Shown one piece after another: positions 52,127-61,549 of a DNA stretch of 64,000 bases. The position numbers and the translations under genes were made by a program. Origin of the DNA: a virus (lineage: Duplodnaviria; Caudoviricetes); the IMG/VR virus record IMGVR_UViG_2675903061_000001, positions 1 to 64,000 of that record. One strand, written 5' to 3'. The notes below the pieces were generated by a model. That model ran no database searches. It was not told the origin of the DNA and was given only the letters and a program-made list of their open reading frames with translations. Position 1 is the stretch's first letter. Each line of letters begins with the position of its first letter.

Positions 52127-52204
52127 CGCCCTCACCTGCGCCAACGTATCGTGACGTTGAATCGGCAGACTCGCGCCTAGGGCCACCCCCACCGGGTGGC
52201 CCTT
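52123..52204 (+). promoter_or_regulatory. Putative late promoter followed by terminator hairpin
   Basis: TTGACG-N18-TATCGT, then AGGGCCACCC..GGGTGGCCCTT. Confidence 0.55.
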
Positions 52205-52226
52205 CGTCGTTCCCGGGGAGGTGACC

Positions 52227-52469
52227 ATGCCCCCCATCCTCATCGACATCAAAGCCGCCGCATGGCAAGCCGGCAGACCCGAATCCACCATCCGCTGGTG
52301 GGCCCACACCGGCCGCATCACCACCCACCGCCTCGGACCCGGCCGCGGCCAAGTCCGCTACGACGCCGACGAAATCCCCATCGCCGTCCGCGACGAACAC
52401 AACGCCGACGTCATCCTCGTGCCATGCAAGCCGCCCCCACTCCCGGAACGGCAGCCCGCCGCTGCCTGA
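52227..52469 (+). CDS. MerR-like small HTH protein
   Basis: AAAWQAGRPESTIRWWAHTGRI...RYDADEI. Confidence 0.7.
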   Translation: MPPILIDIKAAAWQAGRPESTIRWWAHTGRITTHRLGPGRGQVRYDADEIPIAVRDEHNADVILVPCKPPPLPERQPAAA

Positions 52470-52800
52470 ACCCCGCGCCCCCATCCCCTCGGGGCGCGGC
52501 CGGTGCCCTTGGCCCTCCCCACGCCGGGCACCAGCTCCCCGCCCCCAGGGGTGGCGGCGGGGAGCACAACCCTCTCTCCCGCTGCCCGGCGATGGGGCAG
52601 AGAGCCTCCCTGGGGCCGTGTTCGAGCCCATGCGCGCGCAGCGACCGGGCAGCGGGCACCAGCCCATGGCTCCGACGACCGATGGACACCACAGGCACCA
52701 ACCGATCAAGACCCCGCGTCGGGCGACCGACACGGAACACACCATCCGGCAGGGTGGGCGGGAGACGGTGGGGCGCCCGAAACCGAGGGCGCCCCACCGT
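52470..52800 (+). ncRNA. Structured non-coding region (stacked hairpins, tRNA-like relic)
   Basis: At least five stem-loops; GTTCGAG loop at 52620. Confidence 0.35.
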
Positions 52801-52856
52801 CACAGAACAGCAACACCCCCCACACCACGACACCCAGTTCGGCATCGTGGGGCGGC

Positions 52857-53351
52857 ATGACACACCCGCAACAGCCCACCCCGCCCGGACAGTGGAAACC
52901 CGCACCGCCACCCCGGAAGAACCGCTGGCCCCTCATCATCGGCCTCGGCATCTTCCTCGCCTTCGCAGCCTTCGGCGGCATCCTCGAACTCACCGGCAAC
53001 AGCGACGACGACACGTCCGCCGGCCAAGACACCACCGAGACCCCGCCGAAAGACGTCCCCGACTACACCGTCGTAAGCAAAGAGACCGAGGGCAACCAGC
53101 GCACCATCATCATCGAGGTCAACCACACCAAGAACCTCGACCTCATCTTCGAAGACGCCATCGCCGACCTCACCGACAACGCCGGCTACATCGTCCAACT
53201 CAACTGCACCACCGGAGCAACCGAACACGTCGACAACCGCCTCGCCAACGGCTGGTACGCCATCGGCAACATCGGCAGGGCAACCACCGGCCTGGACGAC
53301 GGCGAGACAAAGTTCGAGATCAACGACGGCCGGAGTTGCCCCGCGACGTAA
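52857..53351 (+). CDS. Single-pass membrane/secreted protein (moron; possible superinfection exclusion)
   Basis: RKNRWPLIIGLGIFLAFAAFGG TM, acidic extracellular domain with two Cys. Confidence 0.7.
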   Translation: MTHPQQPTPPGQWKPAPPPRKNRWPLIIGLGIFLAFAAFGGILELTGNSDDDTSAGQDTTETPPKDVPDYTVVSKETEGNQRTIIIEVNHTKNLDLIFEDAIADLTDNAGYIVQLNCTTGATEHVDNRLANGWYAIGNIGRATTGLDDGETKFEINDGRSCPAT

Positions 53352-53371
53352 CCCCCGGGGAGGTGGTGGCC

Positions 53372-53743
53372 GTGGGCACCTGGCAAGAAGGCCCCACCTC
53401 CCGCAGGACCCACCCCAGACCCCAGGGATGGAAGACCCTCCGGCAGGAGATCCTCAACCGCGACCAGCACCGCTGCACCTGGATCGACGACGGCCAGCGC
53501 TGCACCGCCCGCGGCACCGACGTCGACCACATCGGCAACCCCAACGACCACACCCCGGACAACCTCCGCACCCTCTGCGGCCCCCACCACCGCCGCCGAA
53601 CAGCCCTCCAAGCCAGAGCCGCACGCGGAGAAACACCCCCGCGGAAACGCCCCCGCGACCCCCACCCAGGGCTGCTCACCACCGAGACAAGGCTCGACCG
53701 CATGCGGCGCGAAGCAGCGAAGCGTTACGAGCCGCCGTTCTGA
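53372..53743 (+). CDS. HNH endonuclease (packaging-associated)
   Basis: ILNRDQHRC...DVDHI...NLRTLCGPHH. Confidence 0.88.
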   Translation: MGTWQEGPTSRRTHPRPQGWKTLRQEILNRDQHRCTWIDDGQRCTARGTDVDHIGNPNDHTPDNLRTLCGPHHRRRTALQARAARGETPPRKRPRDPHPGLLTTETRLDRMRREAAKRYEPPF

Positions 53744-53944
53744 CCTGCATGCATGCCGCACAGGGGTGGGGGGTGACCCACCCCTCCCCCCACGCGGGCC
53801 CACGGTGCGGCATAGCCGGTCGCGGTGGGTACGGGTCTCCCACCTGGGGCGATGTCGGAGGGTGATTGACCTTCTGCGGCGCTCACGGATGGTGGTGCAG
53901 GTCGGTGGCTCTACTCGTAACGCGTCATGGGGTAGACTGGGGGC
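53744..53944. other. Probable cos/genome-end region
   Basis: Non-coding gap right after HNH; abrupt C-rich to G-rich strand switch; exact cut site not determinable. Confidence 0.55.
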
Positions 53945-54556
53945 ATGCAGGTTACGGAGCGTGCGGGTTGCCGGAGGTGCGGAGGTCCGCTGCCGGTGGC
54001 CGGGCGCGGTCCGGTGCCGGTGTTCTGCTCGGGGGCGTGCCGTCAGGCGGCGTACCGGGAGTGGAAAGCGGCTGAGGCGCTGCCGCAGGAGTTGACCGCG
54101 CGGCGCCGGTGGGTGCGGCGGGACGAGAGCAAGCGTCCGGTGCGTGCGGACAACGGGCGGCCGGCGTCGGTGACGAATCCGTTCGACCGCACGACGTTCC
54201 CGAAGGCGTCCCGCTCGCGGCACGGTGTCGGGCTGGGGTTCGTGCTGGACGCGGGTGACGGTCTGGTGTGTGTGGACCTGGACCATGCCCTCGGCACCGA
54301 CGGGCGGCCGCTGCCGTGGGCGCGGGAGATCCTGGACCGCTGCCCGCCGACGTTCGTTGAGGTGTCGCCGTCAGGGACGGGCCTGCACATCTGGGGGCGT
54401 GGCCGTGTGCGGCAGGGGCGGCGTATCCGCCGCGCGGACGGGGCGGGGATCGAGGTGTACGGGGACGGACGCTATATCGCGGTCGGGCGCCGGTTCGGTC
54501 GGGCGCCGCTGCGCGTGGCCGACCTGACGGAACTGGTGGCCGAGCTGACGGAGTGA
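53945..54556 (+). CDS. Stand-alone primase-polymerase (AEP) domain with N-terminal Zn finger
   Basis: CRRC..FCSGAC; GFVL, VDLDH, EVSPSGTGLHIW, IEVY. Confidence 0.8.
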   Translation: MQVTERAGCRRCGGPLPVAGRGPVPVFCSGACRQAAYREWKAAEALPQELTARRRWVRRDESKRPVRADNGRPASVTNPFDRTTFPKASRSRHGVGLGFVLDAGDGLVCVDLDHALGTDGRPLPWAREILDRCPPTFVEVSPSGTGLHIWGRGRVRQGRRIRRADGAGIEVYGDGRYIAVGRRFGRAPLRVADLTELVAELTE

Positions 54557-54707
54557 GGCTTCCGGCGGGTGCTGCCCGTCGGGTTGTTGATTGAGGAGGG
54601 CCGCCCACGGCGGCCCTTTGTCGTGTAGGCGCCCGCCGTTGATCCCGGCGGGTAGGAAGCCCCGGTGGTCTCCAGGCACCGGGGCTTCCGCATTCCCTGG
54701 AGGCTCC

Positions 54708-55463
54708 ATGTCCTGGAAGTGCAGAAATGACAGACGCTTCACCACGCTGCGGCACTACGCCGTGGTCTCCCTCGAGGGTGACGTCCCCAAGGTCTTGGGA
54801 TGCGTCGAGTGCGACTGGGGAGACCTTGTGGACGGAGGCCTGGAGGAAGACACAACCCCGGGGGAAGCTCTGCCCCGGCATCGGCCAGACCGATGCACTG
54901 CTCCTACTCAGTATGGCGCCCGGTGCCAGGCTCAGGCGTGGTCGAACGGCAGATGCCACCGCCATGACCGCGATTTCTGGGAGAGGGCATACAGGGGTTT
55001 CCGGTCTCCATGGAGCGCAATCTCGATGCCGGAGGCGTATCGCGAGGTATTCATCCGGGCAATCAGGGATGCCGGGCTCGTCGCTGACGAGCAGCAGGTG
55101 ACCCGAGAGACTTTTGAGTCGGCGAGGAGCCGCCGTCACGGTTCGGTGGTCTACTTCGTGGAGCGCGAGGGGTTCATCAAGATCGGCACAACTAGGGATC
55201 TCCGGGGGCGGTTGGCGGCATTGGAGCAGGGCGGCGTGCTGATGCCCGACGGCGTGCCGCCGGGGCCGGTCACACTGCTCGCCACCACCCTGGGAGACCG
55301 GGACGTGGAATCTGGCTATCACACCCGCTTCCGTCGTCAACGCGTGAAAGGCGAGTGGTTTCGCCCCAGCAAGGCGCTGCGCCACCTCATCGAAGACCTC
55401 CAGCGGGCTGAGCAGCAAGGGCGCCCAGACGTACTGGACGAGGCATTGGCTGCGATGGCATAG
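54708..55463 (+). CDS. GIY-YIG / T5orf172-like nuclease domain protein (moron)
   Basis: VVYFVE...IKIGTT...RLAAL...H..F...R.KGEWF; lower GC. Confidence 0.75.
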   Translation: MSWKCRNDRRFTTLRHYAVVSLEGDVPKVLGCVECDWGDLVDGGLEEDTTPGEALPRHRPDRCTAPTQYGARCQAQAWSNGRCHRHDRDFWERAYRGFRSPWSAISMPEAYREVFIRAIRDAGLVADEQQVTRETFESARSRRHGSVVYFVEREGFIKIGTTRDLRGRLAALEQGGVLMPDGVPPGPVTLLATTLGDRDVESGYHTRFRRQRVKGEWFRPSKALRHLIEDLQRAEQQGRPDVLDEALAAMA

Positions 55464-55476
55464 GGGGTGAGTGGCT

Positions 55477-55914
55477 ATGGCCGGGTTCGGTCCCCCGCCG
55501 TCGGAGAACAAGCGGCGGCGGAACGCGGACACCTTCGAAGGCTTCGAGACCACCGTCCCCACCGACAGCGGCGAGGAACTGCGCGGCCCCGAGCTGCCGC
55601 ACGCGGCGCTGTACGGGCCGCAGACCATCGCCTGGTACGACACCTGGCGCCGCTCCCCCCAGTCCGCGGCGTTCCTGCCCACGGACTGGCAGCGGCTGCT
55701 CATGCTCGCCCCGCTGGTGGACGCCTACTTCCTCGAACCCAGCACGAAGCTGCTGGCGGAGATCCGGCTGAACGAGGGCCTCCTCGGGGCGACGCACACC
55801 GACCGGCTGCGGGCCCGTATCAAGGTGGAGGCGCCGAAGCCGAAACCCGCGGCCCCGCCGGCCGGGGTCGCTGACCTGACGTCGCGCCGTCGTCGGCTGA
55901 CCGATGCCTCGTGA
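55477..55914 (+). CDS. terS: Terminase small subunit
   Basis: WRRSPQ..TDW, AEIRL.E..LGAT..DRLR; overlaps terL. Confidence 0.85.
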   Translation: MAGFGPPPSENKRRRNADTFEGFETTVPTDSGEELRGPELPHAALYGPQTIAWYDTWRRSPQSAAFLPTDWQRLLMLAPLVDAYFLEPSTKLLAEIRLNEGLLGATHTDRLRARIKVEAPKPKPAAPPAGVADLTSRRRRLTDAS

Positions 55915-57625
55915 GCTGGTCCGGCACCCGGACCACTCGCGGCGCCGGTCGCTGGGGGTGGCGCTGGCGTTCATCGAGTGGTTCTGCGTGCACGGCCCCG
56001 GTGATGTGCAGGGCGTGCCGCTGCACCCGCGGCACGGCGGGGAGTGCCTTCCGCTGGACGACGAGTTCGCCGGGCTGATCCTGGACTGCTACGCGCTGGA
56101 CGAGACAGGGCGCCGGCTGTACGACACGGTGGCGATTTCCCGGGCGAAGGGCCGCGCGAAGTCGGAGCTGGCCGGGTTCGTGTCGCTGGCGGAGGCGTTC
56201 GGCCCGGTGCGGTTCTGCGGGTGGGCCGAGGGCGGCGAGCAGTACGAGTGGCGGGACTTTGTCTACGAGTACGAGCCCGGGGAGCCGATGGGGCGGCCGG
56301 TGACGTATCCGTTCATCCGGTGCCTGGCCACGGAGGAGTCGCAGAGCGGGAACACCTACGACAACATCCTGTTCAACCTGGAGCACGGCCCTCTGGCGGA
56401 GGATCTGCCGTCGGGCACGGCCGGCGTGACGCGGATCTTCCTCCCCGGCGGCGGGGAGGTGCGCCCCTCGACGGCGGCTGCGGCCTCGCGGGACGGCGGG
56501 AAGGAGACCCTCGCGGTCTTCGACGAGCCGCACCTGTACACCCAGCCGGAGCTGCGGCAGATGTACCGCACGGTGGACCGGAACCTGCGCAAGCGGAAGG
56601 CTGCGGAGCCGTGGGCGCTGCTCACCTCGACGATGTACCAGCCGGGCGAGAACAGTGTGCTGGAGAAGTTGCATGAGCGGGCGAAGCTGATCGCTGAGGG
56701 CAAGACCCGCGGCCGGCGGCTGATGCTGGACCACCGCGAGGCGCCGGCGGATGTGGACCTGACCGACCGGGAGCAGATGCGGGCCGCGCTGCGGGAGGTG
56801 TACGGGCCGTTCGCAGGCGCGCTGGACCTGGACGGGATCATCGAGTCGGAGTTCTGGAACATCGAGAAGGACCCCGAGGAGTCCCGGCGGTACTTCTTCA
56901 ACCAGCCCACCGCCGCGAGGGATGCGTGGACGACGCACCCGGCGTGGGCGGCGTGCACGGACGTGGAGCTGGTGGTGGCGGACGGCGCGCCGATGGTGAT
57001 GTTCTTCGACGGCTCGAAGTCTGATGACGCCACGGGCCTGGTCGGGTGCGATGTGGAGACCGGGCACGTCATGACGCTGGCGTGCTGGGAGAAGCCACGC
57101 GGCCAGGACGGCGAGGGCTGGGAGGTGGACCGGACGGATGTGGACCGGGTCGTGCGGCAGGTCTTCGCCGAGCGGAACGTGGTCGCCTTCTTCGGCGATG
57201 TGAAGGAGTTCGAGTCCTACATCGACACCTGGGGCCAGGACTTCGGCGAACGTCTGCTGATCCACGCCACGGCCGGCCGCTACGCGCACCCGGTGGCGTG
57301 GGACATGCGGGGCCGGGTGCGGGAGTTCACGGCGGCGTGCGAGCGGATGGAAGTGGACATCCGGGAGCGGGACGTCACTCACGACGGGGACAGCCGGTTG
57401 CAGCGGCATGTGCTGAACGCCCGCAGGCGGCCGAACCGGTACGGGGTGAGCGTCGCGAAGGAGTCCCGGGACTCCCCGCACAAGATCGACCTGGCGGTGT
57501 GCGCGATCGGAGCGCGGATGGCGCGGCGGATGCTGCTCGCCTCGCCGGAATGGGCCAAGCATCAGGCGGCGCAGACGAAGAAGCGCCGGGGTGAGCGGGG
57601 CACGAGGGCATTCGGCTGGAGGTGA
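55904..57625 (+). CDS. terL: Terminase large subunit
   Basis: SRAKGRAKS, VFDEPH, FDGSKSDDATGL, KIDLAV. Confidence 0.93.
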   Translation: MPRELVRHPDHSRRRSLGVALAFIEWFCVHGPGDVQGVPLHPRHGGECLPLDDEFAGLILDCYALDETGRRLYDTVAISRAKGRAKSELAGFVSLAEAFGPVRFCGWAEGGEQYEWRDFVYEYEPGEPMGRPVTYPFIRCLATEESQSGNTYDNILFNLEHGPLAEDLPSGTAGVTRIFLPGGGEVRPSTAAAASRDGGKETLAVFDEPHLYTQPELRQMYRTVDRNLRKRKAAEPWALLTSTMYQPGENSVLEKLHERAKLIAEGKTRGRRLMLDHREAPADVDLTDREQMRAALREVYGPFAGALDLDGIIESEFWNIEKDPEESRRYFFNQPTAARDAWTTHPAWAACTDVELVVADGAPMVMFFDGSKSDDATGLVGCDVETGHVMTLACWEKPRGQDGEGWEVDRTDVDRVVRQVFAERNVVAFFGDVKEFESYIDTWGQDFGERLLIHATAGRYAHPVAWDMRGRVREFTAACERMEVDIRERDVTHDGDSRLQRHVLNARRRPNRYGVSVAKESRDSPHKIDLAVCAIGARMARRMLLASPEWAKHQAAQTKKRRGERGTRAFGWR

Positions 57626-57628
57626 CCC

Positions 57629-59032
57629 GTGCTGCTGGAGACGAAGAAGGAGGTTGAGGAGGCCGCGGGCCGTCTGACCGAGGCGCATCAGGCGGAGAAG
57701 CGGCGCCTGGACCCGATCCACGCGGCGGTGCGGGGCGAGGACAACGCGCTGTACGTGCCGCAGAAGGCGACCGAGGAGTACAGGCGGATTGTTGAGCAGT
57801 CCCGGTTCAATGTGCTGCCGCTGGTGATCACGCAGCTTGCGCAGGCGCTGTTCGTGGACGGCTACCTCACCGGGGACGGGAAGCGGTCGCCGGTGTGGGA
57901 GGCGGTGTGGCAGCCGAACCGGATGGACGCCAGGCAGGGCGGCCTGTACCGGTCGGCGATCGAGTACGGGGCGTCGTATGCGCTGGGCCTGCCCGGGGAC
58001 CCGGTGCCGGTGATCACGCCGCTGTCGCCGCGGCGGTGCACCGCGCTGTACGAGGACCCGGTCAATGACGAGTGGCCGGAGCTGGCGCTGGTTTTCGGGC
58101 CGAAGGTCAAGGTCGGGGAGGGGTGGGCGCGCAAGGCGCGTCTGTTTGACGAGCAGCAGGCGCACCCGATGCTGGTGGGCGAGTCGGGAGCGCGGCCGGC
58201 GCCGGGTGAGAAGCCGAAGAAGCACGGGCTGGGTGTGGTGCCGCTGGTGCGGTATCTGGACAGCCTGGAGGACTTGGACGACGGGCCGTGCGGCAAGGTG
58301 GAGCCGCTGGTCCCGGTGCAGCGGCAGCTCAACCAGACGACGTACTCCCTGTTGATGGCGCAGCACTACGGGGCGTTCCGGCAGCGGTGGGTCACGGGGA
58401 TGCTGGTGCAGGAGGACGCCGACGGCAATCCGCGTGAGCCGTTCGATGTGGGCGTGGACCGGATGCTGCACGCGGAGGAGGCGACGGCGAAGTTCGGCGA
58501 CTTCGCCGAGACCAGCCTGGACGGCTACCTGAAGTCGCGTGAGGCGGCGCTGCTGTTCATCGCCTCGGTGGCGCAGATCCCCCCGCACAACCTGATCATC
58601 GGATCCGGCATCTCCAACATCTCGGCGGAGGCGCTGGCCGCCCTGGAGGCAGGCCACCGTCAGGATGTGGCTGAGCACCAGCAGTCGTTCGGCGAGTCGA
58701 CCGAGCAGCTGATGCGGCTGTGCGGGCGGGCGATGGGCGATGAGGCGGCGTGGAAGGACACCTCCGGGCAGGTGATCTGGCGCGACACGACGCCGAGGTC
58801 GCTGGCGCAGGTCGCGGACGCCTGGGGCAAGGTGGCGCAGATGCTAGGTGTGCCGCCGCGGGCGTTGTGGTCGCGTTTGCCGGGGGTGACGCAGCAGGAC
58901 GTGCGGGCGTGGGAGCGGATGGCGGACGAGCAGGACGCGCTGCTGAACTTGGAGCAGATGTTCCGCGAGGACGCCGAAGGCTCGCCGGCCGGTGAGCCGG
59001 AGCCGGAGCCCGCGCCGTCGGCGGCCGGCTGA
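57629..59032 (+). CDS. Portal protein (SPP1 gp6-like)
   Basis: WQPNRMDARQ, AFRQRWVTG, NISAEAL, WRDTTPRS; position after terL. Confidence 0.9.
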   Translation: MLLETKKEVEEAAGRLTEAHQAEKRRLDPIHAAVRGEDNALYVPQKATEEYRRIVEQSRFNVLPLVITQLAQALFVDGYLTGDGKRSPVWEAVWQPNRMDARQGGLYRSAIEYGASYALGLPGDPVPVITPLSPRRCTALYEDPVNDEWPELALVFGPKVKVGEGWARKARLFDEQQAHPMLVGESGARPAPGEKPKKHGLGVVPLVRYLDSLEDLDDGPCGKVEPLVPVQRQLNQTTYSLLMAQHYGAFRQRWVTGMLVQEDADGNPREPFDVGVDRMLHAEEATAKFGDFAETSLDGYLKSREAALLFIASVAQIPPHNLIIGSGISNISAEALAALEAGHRQDVAEHQQSFGESTEQLMRLCGRAMGDEAAWKDTSGQVIWRDTTPRSLAQVADAWGKVAQMLGVPPRALWSRLPGVTQQDVRAWERMADEQDALLNLEQMFREDAEGSPAGEPEPEPAPSAAG

Positions 59033-59754
59033 TGCCGTCGCCGGAGGCGCAGGCCCTGACCCGCACCTATCGGCAGCGGGTGCTGGACATTGCGGGGCTG
59101 ATCGGCCGCAGGCTGCGGACGGTGGCGCTGGCCGCCGACACCGACGACATTGACAGCTGGTGGGACCGGGTGGCGCCGCGGGTGCAGCAGGAGATCCTGA
59201 CCGGGGCGTCGGCGCTGGCGGTGCTGGCGCGCAGATATCTGGTGGCGCACGCAGAGATCGAGGGCGTCGTGCTGGAGCCGGTGGTGGTGGATCCGCCGGG
59301 CCGGCCGCAGATCGCCGCCTCGACGCGGGTGACAGGGCCGGTGGCGTTCAAGACCCACATGTCGGCGACAGGGTCGGCGCCGGGTTCGGTGCGGACGATG
59401 GCGTCGCAACTGTCGGGCTCGGGGCAGCGGCTCGCGATGGAGGGCGCCCGGGAGACGGTGATGCGCACCTTCGCCGAGCGCGATGAGATCGCCGGGTGGC
59501 GCCGTGTCGCCTCGGGGTCGCCGTGCGCGTTCTGCCTGATGCTGGTGGGCCGCGGGGCGGTGTACTCGAAGAGGACTGCGGATTTCCAGTCGCATGACCG
59601 GTGCGCGTGCACGCCGGAGCCGCTGTACCGGCGGGAGGACGAGCCCGCTGAGGTGCGCAGGTTGCAGCGGCAGTGGCGGGAGGCCACGGCCGGGACATCG
59701 GGCAACGCGGCGATCGCCGCGTGGCGTGCCTACGTGGCGGACCAGCGGCAGTAG
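59032..59754 (+). CDS. MuF-like minor head / capsid maturation protein
   Basis: WRRVASGSPCAFCLML..RG..Y, HDRCAC. Confidence 0.8.
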   Translation: MPSPEAQALTRTYRQRVLDIAGLIGRRLRTVALAADTDDIDSWWDRVAPRVQQEILTGASALAVLARRYLVAHAEIEGVVLEPVVVDPPGRPQIAASTRVTGPVAFKTHMSATGSAPGSVRTMASQLSGSGQRLAMEGARETVMRTFAERDEIAGWRRVASGSPCAFCLMLVGRGAVYSKRTADFQSHDRCACTPEPLYRREDEPAEVRRLQRQWREATAGTSGNAAIAAWRAYVADQRQ

Positions 59755-59788
59755 TTGAGACTTCCCCGCCCAGACCGGGGCGGGGTGC

Positions 59789-59850
59789 GTGGACGGCCAG
59801 CGCACAAGTGGCCGGTGCGGTGTGGACGGCCAGCGCCATGAAGTGGCCGG
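59789..59850 (+). repeat. Tandem hairpin repeat upstream of scaffold gene
   Basis: GTGGACGGCCAGCGC-N2/4-AAGTGGCCGG x2. Confidence 0.7.
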
Positions 59851-59871
59851 GAGTCAGGAGAAACGGAACGG

Positions 59872-60468
59872 ATGAGTACACCCACCGAGACGCCGCCTGC
59901 GCCGGAAGGGCAGCAGGGCGGCGGCAGCCCGCCGGAGCCTGCGCCGCAGCCGGAGCCTCCGAAGCCGGGGCCGCCTCCGGGGCAGACGTACACACAGGCC
60001 GACCTGGACCGGATCGTGCGGGAGCGCCTGGCCCGGGAGCAGAAGAAGGCATCCGACCGGTACGGCGACTACGACGACCTGAAGGCCAAGGCGGCCCGGC
60101 TGGCCGAGCTGGAAGAGGCCCAGCAGTCCGAGCAGGAGAAGCTCGCCAAGCGCCTGGAGAAGGCAGAGAAGGACCGGAAGGCCGCCGAGGAACGCATCGC
60201 GCAGATGGAGATCGAGGCGCTGCGTTCCCGGATCGCGGCGGAGAAGGGCCTGACTCCGATACAGGCTGCGCGGCTGCGCGGCACCACGGAGGAGGAGATC
60301 ACCGCGGACGCGGACGATCTCCTCGCCGCTTTCAAGCCGCCGGAGCCTCCCGCTTCGGCGCCACAGGGCCGGCCGCTGGAGTCGCTTTCTCCGGGGTCGA
60401 TCCCGGCGGCCGGTGACACGCCGACCGACATGAACGAGTGGATGCGCGCCAGGTCCCGCAATGGGTAG
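59872..60468 (+). CDS. Capsid scaffolding protein
   Basis: TQADLDRIVRERLARE, DYDDLKAKA, RLRGTTEEEI.ADA. Confidence 0.88.
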   Translation: MSTPTETPPAPEGQQGGGSPPEPAPQPEPPKPGPPPGQTYTQADLDRIVRERLAREQKKASDRYGDYDDLKAKAARLAELEEAQQSEQEKLAKRLEKAEKDRKAAEERIAQMEIEALRSRIAAEKGLTPIQAARLRGTTEEEITADADDLLAAFKPPEPPASAPQGRPLESLSPGSIPAAGDTPTDMNEWMRARSRNG

Positions 60469-60574
60469 CCGCGGCCGCAGCCACACCTACCTGTAGTCGG
60501 CCGGGCGCTGTCCCGGCCTCCGTCCCATGACCCCGCCACTGAGCGGGGTTTTCGCATGTTTGGAGGTTGGGGCT

Positions 60575-61549
60575 GTGGCCCTCACCAGTGACTCTGACCT
60601 GCTTCCCATCGAATGGGCGCAGGACGTCATCAAGGAGATGAGCAAGTCCTCGGCAGTGCTGGGCCTGTCGCGGCGCCGCACGATGACCACGCGGCAGCAG
60701 CGGCTTCCCGCGACCGCAGTGCTGGCCGACGCCTACTGGGTCGGCTCCGGGGACAACGACTTCACCGACCTGAAGCAGCAGACCAACGCCGAGTGGAACG
60801 GCGTGAACCTGATCGTGGAGGAGCTCGCCTGCCTGGTCGGCATCCCCCACGCCTACGAGCAGGACAACTCCTTCCCCGTGTGGGAGGAGGTGCGTCCGCA
60901 GATCGTGGAGGCGATGGGCAAGCGTCTGGACGCGGCCGCCCTGTTCGGGGTGGGCAAGCCTTCCACTTGGCCGGCGGCGATCCTGCCGTCGATCGTGGCG
61001 GCCGGGCAGACGGTGGAGCGCGGCACCGAGGACGACCTGGCGGCGGACATCGCCGAGTCGGCGCGGGTGCTGAAGCAGCAGGGGTTCCGCACCACCGGGT
61101 GGGCGGCCGAGCCCGGGTTCCACTGGGAACTGGTGGGGCTGCGGTCGCTGGACGGCGCGCCGATCTACCAGCCGAACCTGTCGGGGCCGATCAATCAGGG
61201 CCTGTACGGGCTGCCGCTGGTGGAGGTGGAGAACGGGGCGTGGCTCACCACGACTGACGCCTCGGTGATCCACGGGGACTGGTCCAAGTCGATCGTCGGT
61301 ATCCGGCAGGACATCACCTTCACTCGGCACGACTCCGGCGTGATCGGCGACTCCTCCGGCAACATCGTGTTCAACGCGATGCAGCAGGACGCGACGATCT
61401 GGCGTGCGGTGTTCCGGGTGGCGTGGGCTCGCGCGAACCCGGCGACCCGGACCGGTGACCAGCCGGGCGAGTCCGGTGACAACTCCCCGTCCTCGGAATC
61501 CTCGCCGGCGAAGTTCCCGTGGGCGGCCGTGGTGCCGGCCGGCTCGTGA
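60575..61549 (+). CDS. Major capsid protein (HK97 fold)
   Basis: LLPIEW..DVIK, AYWVG, RLDAAALFG, GDWSK...GIRQDITF. Confidence 0.9.
   Translation: MALTSDSDLLPIEWAQDVIKEMSKSSAVLGLSRRRTMTTRQQRLPATAVLADAYWVGSGDNDFTDLKQQTNAEWNGVNLIVEELACLVGIPHAYEQDNSFPVWEEVRPQIVEAMGKRLDAAALFGVGKPSTWPAAILPSIVAAGQTVERGTEDDLAADIAESARVLKQQGFRTTGWAAEPGFHWELVGLRSLDGAPIYQPNLSGPINQGLYGLPLVEVENGAWLTTTDASVIHGDWSKSIVGIRQDITFTRHDSGVIGDSSGNIVFNAMQQDATIWRAVFRVAWARANPATRTGDQPGESGDNSPSSESSPAKFPWAAVVPAGS

Noticed and set aside
52575-52660. Functional tRNA
   Set aside because: A T-loop-like motif is present but no canonical cloverleaf or anticodon arm could be built.
55820-58678. 952-aa minus-strand ORF (also 23511-25505, 26423-28546, 46168-48045, 11389-12804)
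   Set aside because: Antisense shadows of real high-GC genes, with no recognisable motifs.
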